Below, piece after piece: positions 13,375 through 25,425 of a stretch of 64,000 bases of DNA. The position numbers and the translations under genes were made by a program. The notes below the pieces were generated by a model. It saw only the letters and a list, made by a program, of their open reading frames with translations, searched no databases and was not told the DNA's origin. This DNA comes from Felis catus (taxonomy: Eukaryota): NCBI RefSeq assembly GCF_018350175.1, contig NC_058383.1:25918001-25982000 (forward strand), read 5' to 3'. Every line of letters starts with the position of its first letter. The stretch's first letter is position 1.

Positions 13375-13785
13375 AGCTTCGCTGGACTCTGTATTGGAGG
13401 GGGGAAAATACCTGATATCAAGGACTTTATTGAGTCCGCTGACAAAACTACAGTATGGACTATGGAGTAGCCAATAGGAAAATGTAAGTGTCAAATTCCC
13501 TGAAGTCGATTCCCAAACTGTGGTTACACGGAGAATGTCCTTCTTCTTAGGAAATACTCACTGAATTCTTCAGAGGCAAAGTCACATGATGTATCCAACA
13601 TAACCTCAAAGGAGTCGGAAAAAATGTAAACACATATTGATGTGTGTGCGTGTGTACACAAGATAATGATAAAGCAAACACGGAAAATGTTCACAGCTGG
13701 TGAATCTTAGTAAAGAGTAATGGGCGTTCTCGAGCTATTCTTCCAATTTTCCAAGAAGCTGGACCTTATTTCCAAATAAAAAATT
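13375..13785 (+). mobile_element. Ancient L1 (L1M-type) 3' fragment
   Basis: ttcttaggaaatactcactgaa...tttccaaataaaaa typical of L1MC/ME 3' UTR. Confidence 0.6.
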
Positions 13786-13829
13786 AGTTTAACTGGAAAA
13801 CACAGGCCCTTTATTTACTGGTGCCAAGC

Positions 13830-14020
13830 AAATGTGCCCGAGGATCCCATATGACATCTCACCTAATCCTCACAACCATTCTGAGTGTAGGACTATTATT
13901 CCCATTTTATAGGTGAGAAAACTGAGGCACAAGGTTAAGTAACTGAGTAAAGTGAGCATGGCGAGGATACAGCGGAGCTAGGATTTGAATGAAAGATTAT
14001 CTGACTTTACAGCCTGACCC
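13830..14020. mobile_element. MIR
   Basis: cccattttataggtgagaaaactgaggcac core. Confidence 0.8.
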
Positions 14021-14093
14021 ATGCAACATGCCTATTTGATTCAACAGAATAAAATTTCTAACAGTGTGGAAATGAGAGAAGCAAATCCGTTAC

Positions 14094-14174
14094 CTGAGGG
14101 TAGGAGTCTTCAAATGCACGATCTGGAGTCATGTGCTTGATGACATCAGCCAAAACGGTATTCACCTCTCGTTT
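14094..14174 (-). CDS. VPS35L: VPS35L coding exon (~exon 19), 81 nt
   Basis: cttag|AAA...CAG|gtaacg; [27 protein letters not shown]. Confidence 0.97.
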
Positions 14175-14571
14175 CTAAGAGGGGAAAATAAACCTGTGTT
14201 AGACACTGAAAGGCAGTCGCTGTTTTTCTGGTGGCAAGGACAAATAACTTCAGAATATATCACACACCTTCCAGGAAATAGTTTCAAATATTCTGCAGGA
14301 AATAGTATAAGGGGAGAAATTCCACCTATATCACAGCCCTGAAGGGAACTACTTCTGCACCAGGTCAGGACTAAAATGTTGTTCTCAAAGGTTCTGGGGT
14401 GTTACAGCTTTCCCTGGATGCTGGTAAAAATCAGCCGAGCCACTTTCTGCCTGCCTGTCCAGGCTGTTCCCCAGGCACCGGCAGGAGCACCGAGGCATTG
14501 TGGGAAGTGCACAGAGCCAGCCCCTCCCAGCTGAGCGACCTTGATGCTCACTTCACTCTTGTCATCTCTAT

Positions 14572-14860
14572 CAGGGGTCGGCCAACCACAGCCCAAATTC
14601 AGCCCTGTGCCTATTTTTGTACAGCCCACGAACTGAAAGTGATTTTTACATTCAAACAAAAGAATATTTCATGACCCAAATTATGAGACTCAAATTTCAG
14701 TGTGCACAAAGTTTATTGGAACACGGCTGTGCTCACTCTTATTGTCTGTGGCTGCTTTCACATACAATGACAGAGTTGGATACTTGTGACAGAGATTGTA
14801 TGAGCTACAAAGCACCAAATATTTACTATCTGCCTCTCCACAGAAAGGGTACACTGACCC
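14572..14860. mobile_element. MER58B-like hAT element
   Basis: caggggtcggccaac...aaagtttattggaacacggctgtgctc...aaatatttactatctg. Confidence 0.7.
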
Positions 14861-15272
14861 GTGGAACAGTGAAGCCTCCTGGGAAGGTCTCTATGAGGCT
14901 GCACAGTTCACAGGTAAAGTGCTTAGTATTTGTTACTTAAGGTATTCGTATCACACATATCTGTCATCTAAAGAGCTGCCGTTGTATTTACTCTCTCACT
15001 TAATGCTCATTCATCTCCTTGGCATGAACGGGATTATCCCCATTTCACAGATGAGGAAGTGGAGGCTCAGACAAGTTAAGTGATTTAGCTTAGGGGTGAT
15101 TCTGAAACTGGGATTAGAAATATGCCAGGGCAGCTGGAACATCTTGTAACAGAAAGCGAGGAGGGCATCAAAGACTATGGAGAGCATGTCAGAAGGACTC
15201 GGGAGCCACTTGATGACACACCCACTGGACAAAGGGGACAAATGAGCATCAGCAAGAATAATGTAACTCAAG

Positions 15273-15273
15273 T

Positions 15274-15320
<47 letters not shown>

Positions 15321-15533
15321 TTTTAAATTTTTTAACGTTTATTTATTTTTGAGACAGAGAAGACAGAGCATGAACAGGGGAGGGGTAGAGAGAGGGAGAC
15401 ACAGAATCAGAAGCAGGCTCCAGGCTCTGAGCCATCAGCCCAGAGCCCGACGCGGGGCTCGAACTCACGGTCTGTGAGATCGTGACCTGAGCTGAAGTCG
15501 GACGCTCAACCGACTGAGCCACCCAGGCGCCCC
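15273..15533 (-). mobile_element. CAN-SINE with (TTTA)n tail
   Basis: Full element, tetranucleotide tail 15273-15320. Confidence 0.96.
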
Positions 15534-15559
15534 TCAAGTATATTTAAATCCATGAAAGA

Positions 15560-16720
15560 TACCAACAACTACTCACTGGTCGCCTTTGGGGATGCTGAGG
15601 AATCAAATCCTTACCCTACAACTAGCAGAGGAGAAAAAGCAGCATCAATCCTGCCTTTTTCTGTACAAACTTGCACTTCAGGGTAACCAAATACCTGATA
15701 TGAGGAGGTCGTCTTTCTACAAGTATCCCAGCTAATAAACAAAGAAAAGCTGCTAATAATTCCAAGGATCACCAATTTGCAGCCCCTAAGAAACTATGAG
15801 ATGCAACAAGCTTCAGCGGCTGCCCACGATACAGGGAGGCAACCAGCCACCATGAGCCTCCCAGGAGAAGTAGCAAACCAGCACCCGCAGGGCCAAAAAA
15901 AAAAAAATCGAATCTGAAGCTGATTAAGTTTCTAGAACTAACTGCCCACTGACAGGAAATAGACAGCAGAAGAACACAGTGGACACCACCACAAGACACA
16001 ACGAGCCAGACCAGATGGGGAAACTCTACGGGACAAAAGACCCAAATTCTTCCACAAATAAATCACAGACGGAGGATAAAAGGGGAAGGGAAGGAGGAGG
16101 GGAAAAGAGAGAGAATTTGTAATTTAAAAGAACTCTTAGGAGTCTATTGCCATGTATGGGCCTTATTTTAATCCTGACTGAACAATTAAAAAAAATACAA
16201 GACAACTGGGGAAATCTGAATATTGAATGATTTTAATTTTTTATTAATTACTAATTTTTTTTGTTGGGGTAAGATTAAGGGAATCCTATATTTAACACAC
16301 ATGTGCTGAAAACTGACAGATGAAAACACAATGTTTGAGATTTTCTTCAGAATAATCCAGGGGTAAGGATATAAATGAAACAAGATTTGTCACGAGTTGG
16401 TCATTTCTGGGTGAGGATTATAAGGGAAATCATATGTCTGAAATTTCCAAAATAAGGATAAAACAAAAATTGGACAAAATAAACAAAATCAACAGACCAG
16501 CCTTATATAATGTTTAAAACGAGGCCAAAACCAATTTATCAAGTTAGAGGGCAGGATGGTGGCCCCCAAAGGCTGGGGGCTGTGACTAGGAGCAGAGTCC
16601 AGGGAGCTTGGGGGTTTATTCCTTACTTCGTGATATGGACCATGATCACGCGGATATACTTTCCTTAGGTAGCAAATTCACAATACATGCATTTTTCGGC
16701 ATGAATGCCTGAATTCAGTT
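15560..16720 (+). mobile_element. Ancient L1 (L1MC/ME-type) 3' fragments
   Basis: L1MC-like 3' UTR motifs (gacaactggggaaatctgaatattga; tttcttcagaataatccag). Confidence 0.6.
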
Positions 16721-16749
16721 TTTAACAGCGGATAAAAATAAGCATTTTA

Positions 16750-16972
16750 GGGGCGCCTGGGTGGCGCAGTCGGTTAAGCGTCCGACTTCAGCCAGGTCAC
16801 GATCTCGCGGTCCGTGGGTTCGAGCCCCGCGTCAGGCTATGGGCTGATGGCTCAGAGCCTGGAGCCTGTTTCGGATTCTGTGTCTCCCTCTCTCTCTGCC
16901 CCTCCCCCGTTCATGCTCTGTCTCTCTCTGTCTCAAGAATAAATAAACGTTGAAAAAAAAAATTAAAAAAAA
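16750..16972 (+). mobile_element. Young CAN-SINE (SINEC_Fc)
   Basis: TSD aaaaataagcatttt; CpG-rich. Confidence 0.97.
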
Positions 16973-17424
16973 AAAAATAAGCATTTTGGCAATAGGATGT
17001 GAACCCAGTCCTGCCTGCTTCTAAGGTCTGCTCTCTGACACACACAGTATTTCCCAGACTGAGGTTCTGGTCTGGGCACAGGGAAAGAAGTCCCTCTGCT
17101 TAGAAAAAAATTACCCGTAAGTCAAATATGTTGGAGAAATGCTACTTCCTGGACCCCCAGGAAGAGTCCCAATGCACTTTAGAATGTAAGCATCTAAGGG
17201 ATCCTATGGGGGAAAAACTGCTTCCCTTGGTAATGGAGCATTTCCCCAATTTGCATGCGAGCATGACACTTTTGTGACAGTACGCATATCAACCCTCCAC
17301 CACACTATAGTATAAAAGGATGCCATTTTTATAAATTAAGGACGATTACCACTGTAAAATGCCTAAATGCCTATTCTAGCCTTATTCATTATTATAAACA
17401 CGAATAAAAACATAATTCTTCCAA

Positions 17425-17643
17425 GGGCGCTTGGGTGGCTCCACTGGTTAAGCATCAGACCTCAGCTCAGGTTATGATCTCACAGTTGGTGAGTTTGAGC
17501 CCCACATCGGGCTCTGTGCTGACAGCTCAGAGCCTGGAGCCTGCTTCGGATTCTGTGTCTCCCTCTCTCTCTGCCCCTCCCCCTGCTCACACTCTCTCTC
17601 TCTCAAAAACAAACCAACATTAAAAGATATCAAAAAAACAAAA
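17425..17643 (+). mobile_element. CAN-SINE
   Basis: TSD cataattcttcc. Confidence 0.95.
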
Positions 17644-17686
17644 AAAACCATAATTCTTCCCAAAATGATCCCACAGCCGCACATAC

Positions 17687-17740
17687 CGTGAAATGCTTGC
17701 AGGTGTACTCCACCCATACCTCGGCACAGTTAACGTAGTC
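17687..17740 (-). CDS. VPS35L: VPS35L coding exon (~exon 18), 54 nt
   Basis: tgtag|GAC...ACG|gtatgt; [18 protein letters not shown]. Confidence 0.96.
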
Positions 17741-18174
17741 CTACAGAGAAAAAGTAAAGATGTGTCTACAACAAGAACACCATGGCTAACCCTAGAGTGA
17801 AAGCTCATCACATGCAGATCCCTTCAAGGGTTCTGATCATCACTAGAGATGACAAGTGATAGGAATTCCAAGACTTGTTGGCTCATCTACAGAAAAGTCT
17901 AGTCCACTGATCTATCTTACCCTAAGAAGCAAAAGTTATATAGAAACACAGGAGTTGCTGGAAACTAACTAGACTTCCATTTCTGAATAACTACTTGGGC
18001 CATAATAGAAATCTGGGAAAAACTGAAGGGCAGCGGAGATCAAAGTCAGGAGTCCTGGCCACACCTCAACAGAGACACTGACCGTGGATCTGGTTGAAGA
18101 GCTTTGCTTAAATGTGATTTTTGCAGGTTCTGAGAAAAAAAAACCAGACATCCTGCCTTTAAAACATAAACTCT

Positions 18175-18390
18175 GGGGCGCCTGGGTGGCTCAGTCGGTT
18201 AAGCATCCGACTTCAGCTCAGGTCACGATCTCGCGGTCCATGAGTTCGAGCCCCACGTCGGGCTCTGGGCTGATGGCTCAGAGCCTGGAGCCTGCTTCAC
18301 ATTCTGTGTCTCCCTCTCTCTCTGCCCCTCCCCCGTTCATGCTGTGTCTCTGTCTCAAAAATAAATAAATGTTAAAAAAAAAAATTAAAA
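18175..18390 (+). mobile_element. CAN-SINE
   Basis: TSD cataaactct. Confidence 0.96.
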
Positions 18391-19104
18391 AAAAACCATA
18401 AACTCTTTTTCTGATAGAGAGGTGATGTACAGGTCGTAAAAAGGTTAAGAAAGCACTGAAGATTTTAGGTAGGAAATTCTGTGTTAGATTCAAGTGGGGG
18501 TGGGGGACCCACAGAGAGACACCGGGATGGTCATGGAAATGGCAGTTAACAGCTAAATAGAGCTGCCTTCCCTGGAAAACACTCATGTGAAAAAAAAAAA
18601 AATGCTCGAGGAAAAATACAGTCTGCAAGTGTATCTCTTCTGCTCTGACACTTTAAGGAGAAGAAAAAAAAAGAGAAAATGGGAGGGAAGAAAACACTTA
18701 TGTCATTCACACAAGAAAAGCCAGCTGAGAAGGTGAACTTAATGAGGCCATGAGAAGTTATAGACTGAAGGAAACCATTAACATGGGCTTTTGATGCAAG
18801 GGTGCTTTGAAGCACTCAGGGACAGACCCCACAGGCCCAGAGACTTTGGACTTCCGCATCCTAAAGAAGCTTTTTAGTTAGCCACTCGGGTTAAACAGAA
18901 TTTCAACAGCTGAAGTTTAGTGAGGGTTTTGTTCAACTTAACATAGGTATGTGATTTTGTAAACAAGCTTCTAATTTTTCTAAGTTAGATCAGTATTCTC
19001 AACACACTACTGTAAATGCGGTGACTGGCAAGGAGGTTATAACTGAACTCTAATATTTCCTTCTTGGTAAATGACTGTCAAATGCTACACACCCACATTC
19101 AATT

Positions 19105-19470
19105 ATTTGCTGTGTTTCAGTCTACATGTTTGTGTCCAAAACGCATATGTTGAGAATCGTAGCCCCGCAATGTGACAGCATTAGGAGTGGGGCCTTTGGG
19201 AGGTGATGAGGTCATGAGGGTTGAACCCTGATGAATAGGATTAATGTCCTGATAAAAGGGACCTCAGAACACCCTCTCCCCTTCACTCCCTCTCCACCTA
19301 GGGAGGAGGAGAAGCTGGCAGTCGGCAATCCGGAAGAGGGCCTTCACCGGAATCCGACCACGGTGTCCCCCCGATTCCAGACTTGTAGACTCCAGAAGGG
19401 CAAGAAATCAATTTTTGTTGTTTGCAAGCCACCTGGTCTGTGGTGCCATTAAAGCAGCCAAGCTGAGATA
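19105..19470 (+). mobile_element. MLT1A/MST-like MaLR solo LTR
   Basis: catatgttga...ggggcctttgggaggtgatgaggtcatgaggg...agcagccaagctga. Confidence 0.75.
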
Positions 19471-20009
19471 TGCTGCTGGCAGGAGAGGAATGGTTTGAAG
19501 GGTGGTGAAGGCTGCCCAGCTGGTCCTTCAGCCGAAGACAGGCAGGGCCATTTACCCAGGGGCGGCCACGTAACTTGCTGATGTGTCGCCCACGAGGACG
19601 GTGAGACGTGAAACCCAAACTCTACAAGACTGTGGCCATCGCTGCATACTATTCCAGCACCTAACAGCAGTGGATCCATCTTTCCACACCTCCATCCAAG
19701 GGGCAACAATTAGAATTCCCTTTTGCTAATTATACGTTGGACTGCTGAGCTTCCATTTAAGAATATCCTACTCAGCTGATATTTTCAAATCCAAATACTA
19801 TAGACAGCTGCATTTGGATGCTGTTTGCTAAGTCAGAGCAGAGGTCTTTCAAAGTTTCAAATATTTTTTCTCACTTTACACTTTTACTACATCTTGAAGC
19901 CTAAAGAATTAGACATAATTAGGATAGAAAAATCAAAGAAATATACCTTTAGAGTTATCAAATCTCCACTATAGGTTAACAAAAATAATTTAAAATAGTA
20001 TCATTTCTT

Positions 20010-20233
20010 GGGGCACCTGTGTGGCTCAGTCGGTTAAGGGTCTGACTTTGGCTCAGGTCATGATCTCATGGTTTGTCGGTTCAAGCCCCATGTCAGGCTC
20101 TGTGATGACAGCTCAGAGCCTGGAACCTGCTTCAGATTCTGTGTCTCCCTCTCTCTCTGCCCCCTCCCCTCCACCCCCTCAGCTCACGGTCTGTCTCTCT
20201 CCAAGTAAATAAACATTAAAAAAAATTTTTTTT
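20010..20233 (+). mobile_element. CAN-SINE
   Basis: TSD aaatagtat(c/t)atttctt. Confidence 0.95.
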
Positions 20234-20373
20234 AAATAGTATTATTTCTTAAAACAAAATAAAAACCCAGACGTAGGATTAGTGAAAATATCTTTTTTTT
20301 TTTTTTTAAACCAAGAATTTACTGCCAGACTTGGACAAAAGGCAGTCTATCTGAGGTCTGAATGGTCACCCAC

Positions 20374-20490
20374 CTGTGGATTCTTCAACTTAGTGATAAC
20401 TTTCCAAGCTTCATTGAGAATCTGGAGTCGATCACCCTCAGGAGGGTCAGCCAAGGCTAAGTTTAACCCCAGTGAGCGAAAAAGAAGATG
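20374..20490 (-). CDS. VPS35L: VPS35L coding exon (~exon 17), 117 nt
   Basis: T24-aag|CAT...CAG|gtgggt; [39 protein letters not shown]. Confidence 0.97.
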
Positions 20491-21018
20491 CTTAAAAAAA
20501 AAAAAAAAAAAAAAAAATAGCAAACCATTGCAATACTGGAGATTTTAAATCAGAGCACCTTGAGGCTTAGAGGAAAAGGCTGTAACCCTTAGCTCGTCTC
20601 ATGGCTAATCTTCCAACATCTTCCTGAAGTTCTACCGCAGCCCTACATGCAAGTTAGAGACACTCAAAACAAAGAGCTGGCTCTGTGCACTGCTCTGATT
20701 CATGAGACACAACATTCTTGTGGACAGAGCTTTTTATAAATCATGAGTGAAAATACATTTTTAAAAGATGGAAGCCCAAGCCTTTCCTAAATACTTCACA
20801 GCGAGCTAATTCAATAGACTTAGTTCAATAGACACTGGCAGCAACTTACATGTGTCTAACAATCCCAATCACTAACTCACCTTCCAGCATGTTCTTCGGA
20901 AACAATGCCTGTTTTCTCTGTTGGCCCTAGAACCCCCACACAGGACCCTCTCCCTCGAGAGCTGTCGGGTAAACAGTGCCTATCTGTTCTCCCACTGAGC
21001 ATCTGGTCAAGAGCCTAC

Positions 21019-21130
21019 CTTGGGGAAACCCGACTCATCACACTCTTTAATCATGCCAATGAAATCCATGGACCTCGTGGCGATGAACTCGGCCCGGAAA
21101 GCGGACATCACGGAATTCAACAGCAAGGCG
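21019..21130 (-). CDS. VPS35L: VPS35L coding exon (~exon 16), 112 nt
   Basis: tgcag|C GCC...AAG|gtaggc; [37 protein letters not shown]. Confidence 0.97.
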
Positions 21131-21579
21131 CTGCAAGACCCAAGTGCCCCATGTCAGAAGAACTTCCTCTTAATGAAAGGTGCTTTAATTTTAAGCACAT
21201 ATGTTGCTGGGAAGGATAAATGAAAGCTCTTTAAAGGTAAGGCTGGAAAAGAATTTTAAAAGGCTGGAGTAAAAAGGCAACCTCTGGAGACTAACACAGT
21301 GTTCTGTACTTACTTGGAACTCAATAAATGTTGAATCGGCTAGCTGGATTGACGGACAGCAAGCAATCACATCCATTTAAACAGATGCAAAATGAGCATG
21401 GTGCACTAATAAAACTAAACATCAAGTAATAATATTGATCCATGCTGCAAATATATACACCCCCATCTCTTACAAAAAGCACTGTTCTGGGACCTAGGGA
21501 CATGTGACTTAGGGACATCTACCACAGAAGGGAAAAGTGGGGAGAAACCTCTTGTGCCTGGAAGACAGGAAGACGGAAT

Positions 21580-21760
21580 TTATCTCAACCCTTCCACTTA
21601 CCACAGCCCCATGGGGAAAGGACTATTATGAAACCCATTTTACAGATGAGGAGACTGAGGCAGAGAACTCAAGTAAGTGACCCAAGTTCACAAAGCTGAG
21701 AAAGAGTAGAGCCAGGCACAGGAAGGCGATCAGACTCCAGTTTCCTGACCTCTGTGCCAT
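21580..21760. mobile_element. MIR
   Basis: cccattttacagatgaggagactgaggcaga core. Confidence 0.8.
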
Positions 21761-21888
21761 CCTGGCGCTCTGCTGACCCTCTTGCCCACGTGAGCATGCC
21801 AAGCTCAAAAACCAAACCAAAACAAAACACAACAAAAACAAATGACTTCCATTTCCAAACCATGCTTTATGAATTTAAAAATACTTAC

Positions 21889-21935
21889 TTGTTTCCTAGT
21901 TTCTTGCATCTCTCCATCATCTCAGTTAGCAGGGC
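21889..21935 (-). CDS. VPS35L: VPS35L coding exon (~exon 15), 47 nt
   Basis: attag|GCC...AAC AA|gtaagt; ALLTEMMERCKKLGN(N). Confidence 0.96.
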
Positions 21936-23214
21936 CTAATTAAAAATAATAATGAAAGTCATGAACTTGGAGAATCTGAAATGACATTTCTCACAAAGAC
22001 ATCTCCAAAGTAATACTCTAAAACAGATGTAGCCACATGCCCATTTCCAGAACTCTGAGTCTGGCGAAGATAGGGAGTCAGGGGCAGGGAGGAGTTCAAC
22101 TGTATGGCACTAAACATCATGGGTAAGACCTCAGGCCCTGATGCCCTAAGGCATCAGGCACACTTGGGCTCAAATCCAGTCTCACCAACTACTGACAATG
22201 GGGGCCTTGGACCAGTCACCTGACTTGGTGAAGCCTGGGTCTCCTCCCCCTTTGCCAGAGGACCCAAGTGCTACCATCACACGTGCAAGATTACCCCAGG
22301 ATGGTGAGGGGTCTCCTGAACCCTAGACACCAATGAGAATGGAAGTTTCTTGACTCCCCACCTCTCCTGTGATGCACCGTCCCCCTCCAGGTCCTCCCCA
22401 TTTCACTGAGAATTTGCTAGCGCCCACTGTCCATAGTGAGATGCACTCCCCATTCATGATGCCCCCTCTCACAACCAGCCAGGAGGCAGGCTCTCTATTC
22501 TGCCACTGCACAGGTGAGAGACCGAGCCATGTAATAGTGAGTGGCCTGCTTGGACCAAGGTGACACACGGAGCTACTGCGGGCCAGACATGACCCAGGCA
22601 GCCTGGCACCAAAGGCTAACCTCATCACTTTTCCTCCCAACGAATTTTGAGGCATATATTTCCTCCAAAAGGAAGTAAATGTTTTACTCACTGGAATACT
22701 GTTAATGGCTTTAGAGCTATCTTAAGACAATTACGTACTTCTAATCAAAGAGCTCTTGTTCTTTAAAAAAAAAGAAAAAATCAATGGTAGAGGTATCCTT
22801 TAGGTCAGTGGTTTGGGTAAGGTTTTGAATGGCACAGACAAGGTCAACAGTAGAACTAAGGAGAAAGAGTGCTCACCAGGCTCCCAGCTAAGCACCACTG
22901 CTGCCTTTTCTTGTTTATGTTTCACAGTATCCTTGGGAGACCCGCCTAAGTCATTCCCACTTCACAGAAGAGAAAGTCCAAGCTCAGATACTTTGACTTT
23001 AAGTCACTTCCTAGTAAGTGGTGGAAATGAGATTTGTAGGATTCTGGCCCCCAGTTTTCTTTAGTGCAACTGCACCCCTTCCAGATGTGTCCCTTTGTGT
23101 CCTAGTGTTGCCTGAATAATTAAGGTAAAAGCTGATGATGGAGATACTGGCTGTACCCCAGAACCCTGATTTCATCCAGGTTTCTGTTTCTGCACCACAA
23201 ATATCAGGCTGGGT

Positions 23215-24430
23215 GCTGTTATGGACTGAATTAGGTCTCCTGCAAATTCTTATGTTGAAGCCTTAAAGCCCAACGTGGTTACATTTGGAGGAAGGGCTTT
23301 TAAAGATGTAATAATGAGAAATAAGGTCCAAAGTGTGGGGCCCTAATCCAATAGGACTGGTGTCTCTTTAAGAGGAAGAGACACCAGGAACACACATGCA
23401 CAGAGAAACAACCATGTGAGGACACAGTGAGAAGGCAGTGCAAGCCTCAAGAAAAACCAACACTGCCAGAACTTTGATCTTGGACTTCTAGCCTCCAGGA
23501 CTGTGAGAAAATAAATTTTCCACACATTAACAAAAATTTTCTTTAATGTTTATTTATTTGAGAGAGAGAGAGAGTGAGAGAGAGCGAGCAACAGAGAGGC
23601 AGAGAGAGAGGGAGACACAGAATCTGAAGCAGGCTCCGGGTTCTGAGCTGTCAGCACGGAGCCCAAAGCGGGGCTCGAACCCACCAACCAGAGATCATGA
23701 CCTGAGCCAAAGCTGTATGCTCAACCAACTGAGCCACCCAGGTGCCCCGAGAAAATATTTTTTTTTGTTTAAGCCATCCAGTCTGTTAGGGCAACGTACT
23801 ATGGTCTGAATGACCACCCAACTCCCAAAGCGAGGATATTAAGAGGTGATCAGGTCATGAGGGTGGAGCTCTTACAAATGGGATTAATTCCCTTAAAGAA
23901 GTGGCCCAAGAAAGCTCCCTTGTGCCACATGAAGGCATAGCAAAGGCAGCCATCTACGAACCAGGAAGCAGACCTTCACCAGACACCAAATCTGTTGGTA
24001 TCTTGATCTTGCACTTCCCAGCTTTAGAACCGTGGGAAATACCTGTTACTTATCAGTCACTCAGTTGTGGTATTTTGTTATAACAGTCAGAAGGGATTAA
24101 AACGTAGCCTGAGCAAATTAACACAGATCCAAACCTATCACAGTGGTCTCATTCCCTTTGCTAATGGGGGATTTATACAATTGACGCATGAGAAAAGGTT
24201 TCCTTGTTCTTAAACAGGAACCCAAGGAACTGAAGGCTCCTCATCTTTCTGCCTCTGGATGCTGCCATGTCTGGATGTGATGACTGTAACGGCTGCAGCC
24301 ACTTTGCTATCTGAGGATGATGGACAGAACCTGCCTCGCCCACGGCCTTTACCTGTTGTGTCAGAGAACACACTGAATTATTTTTGTAGGGCCAGTTAGG
24401 TGTTTGTTTCTTATAGTCAGAAGCATCTTA
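23215..24430 (+). mobile_element. Cluster of MLT1 (MaLR) LTRs, first interrupted by a SINE
   Basis: tgttatggactgaat start, ttggacttctagcctccaggactgtgagaaaataaattt; second MLT1A-like unit ~23800-24100. Confidence 0.75.
23533..23748 (-). mobile_element. CAN-SINE inside MLT1
   Basis: Full element. Confidence 0.95.
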
Positions 24431-25222
24431 GCTGATGATAAAGTTGCCAATGTCACAAGTGGCTTCCCTAACCCTCTCATGGGATATTTATACTTGAAAA
24501 GTCATTCTTGGAGACCAATATCAAAGTGGTTTCTGGAAAAGATTGAGAAAGAGAGATTCTACAGGATTATCAGACTGATACTGCCCAACACACACAAATA
24601 ATCACACATTCAATACCTACTTATGGAGAAACTTTAAGACACTAAGTAGTATTCTAGGCACTGGGGACAAGGCAGTGAGGAAATCAGAAAACCATGCCCT
24701 CATGTGGCTTATTCTCTTACACACCCATGTGCACGCACGCGAGCTCTTGGCCGACTACCTTTGACAAGATGAATTAGGGCAAATGCCAACATATGGACAA
24801 AACATCCTGGCCATTAAGACAAGTGCGTCAAAAGTTCTCTTTTTCACAGGATACAAATGCATTAAAAATGTATCCAAAAATGTAACTTAAAAATTTTTAA
24901 AAGCTCTGTGATAATATAGGAATACAGAAAATGCCCACAAGTGCCCACGGAGCCAAATGATATAGATCTCAGGCAGGTCTGTTAGAGGTTATACATTTCT
25001 TCTGAGAAGTGACAGGATTGATTATCTTTGGCAAGAACAAGAGGAACAATAGCTCAAACCAGACTGAGATCGAAACAAGCCTATTGGCTGGGATAAACCA
25101 TGAAAGTGTGCAGCTCAGCATATTAGCTCGTACACACACATCAGAACTTAGAGGACACAGGAGACTCAGAAGGCCCCTACATTTATTTGTATATTCGTTT
25201 TTTCATAAAAACTATAAAAACT

Positions 25223-25425
25223 GGGGCCACCTGGGTGGCTCAGTCGGTTAAACGTCCAACTCTGGATTTAGGCTCAGGTCATGATCTCACAGTCGTGAGA
25301 TTCAGCCCCGGGTCGGGCTCCACACTGAGAGTACGGAGTCTACTTGGGATTCTCTCTCCCTGTCTCTTTCTGTTCCTGTTCCTTCCCTGCTCCCACTCTC
25401 TCTCTCCAAATAAACTTAAAAAAAC
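25223..25425 (+). mobile_element. CAN-SINE
   Basis: Head, CT tract, tail. Confidence 0.93.

Noticed and set aside
22793..22934. Two GTATCCTT (U12 donor-like) motifs at ~22793 and ~22927
   Set aside because: On the plus strand, antisense to VPS35L; I found no associated exon or U12 branch site
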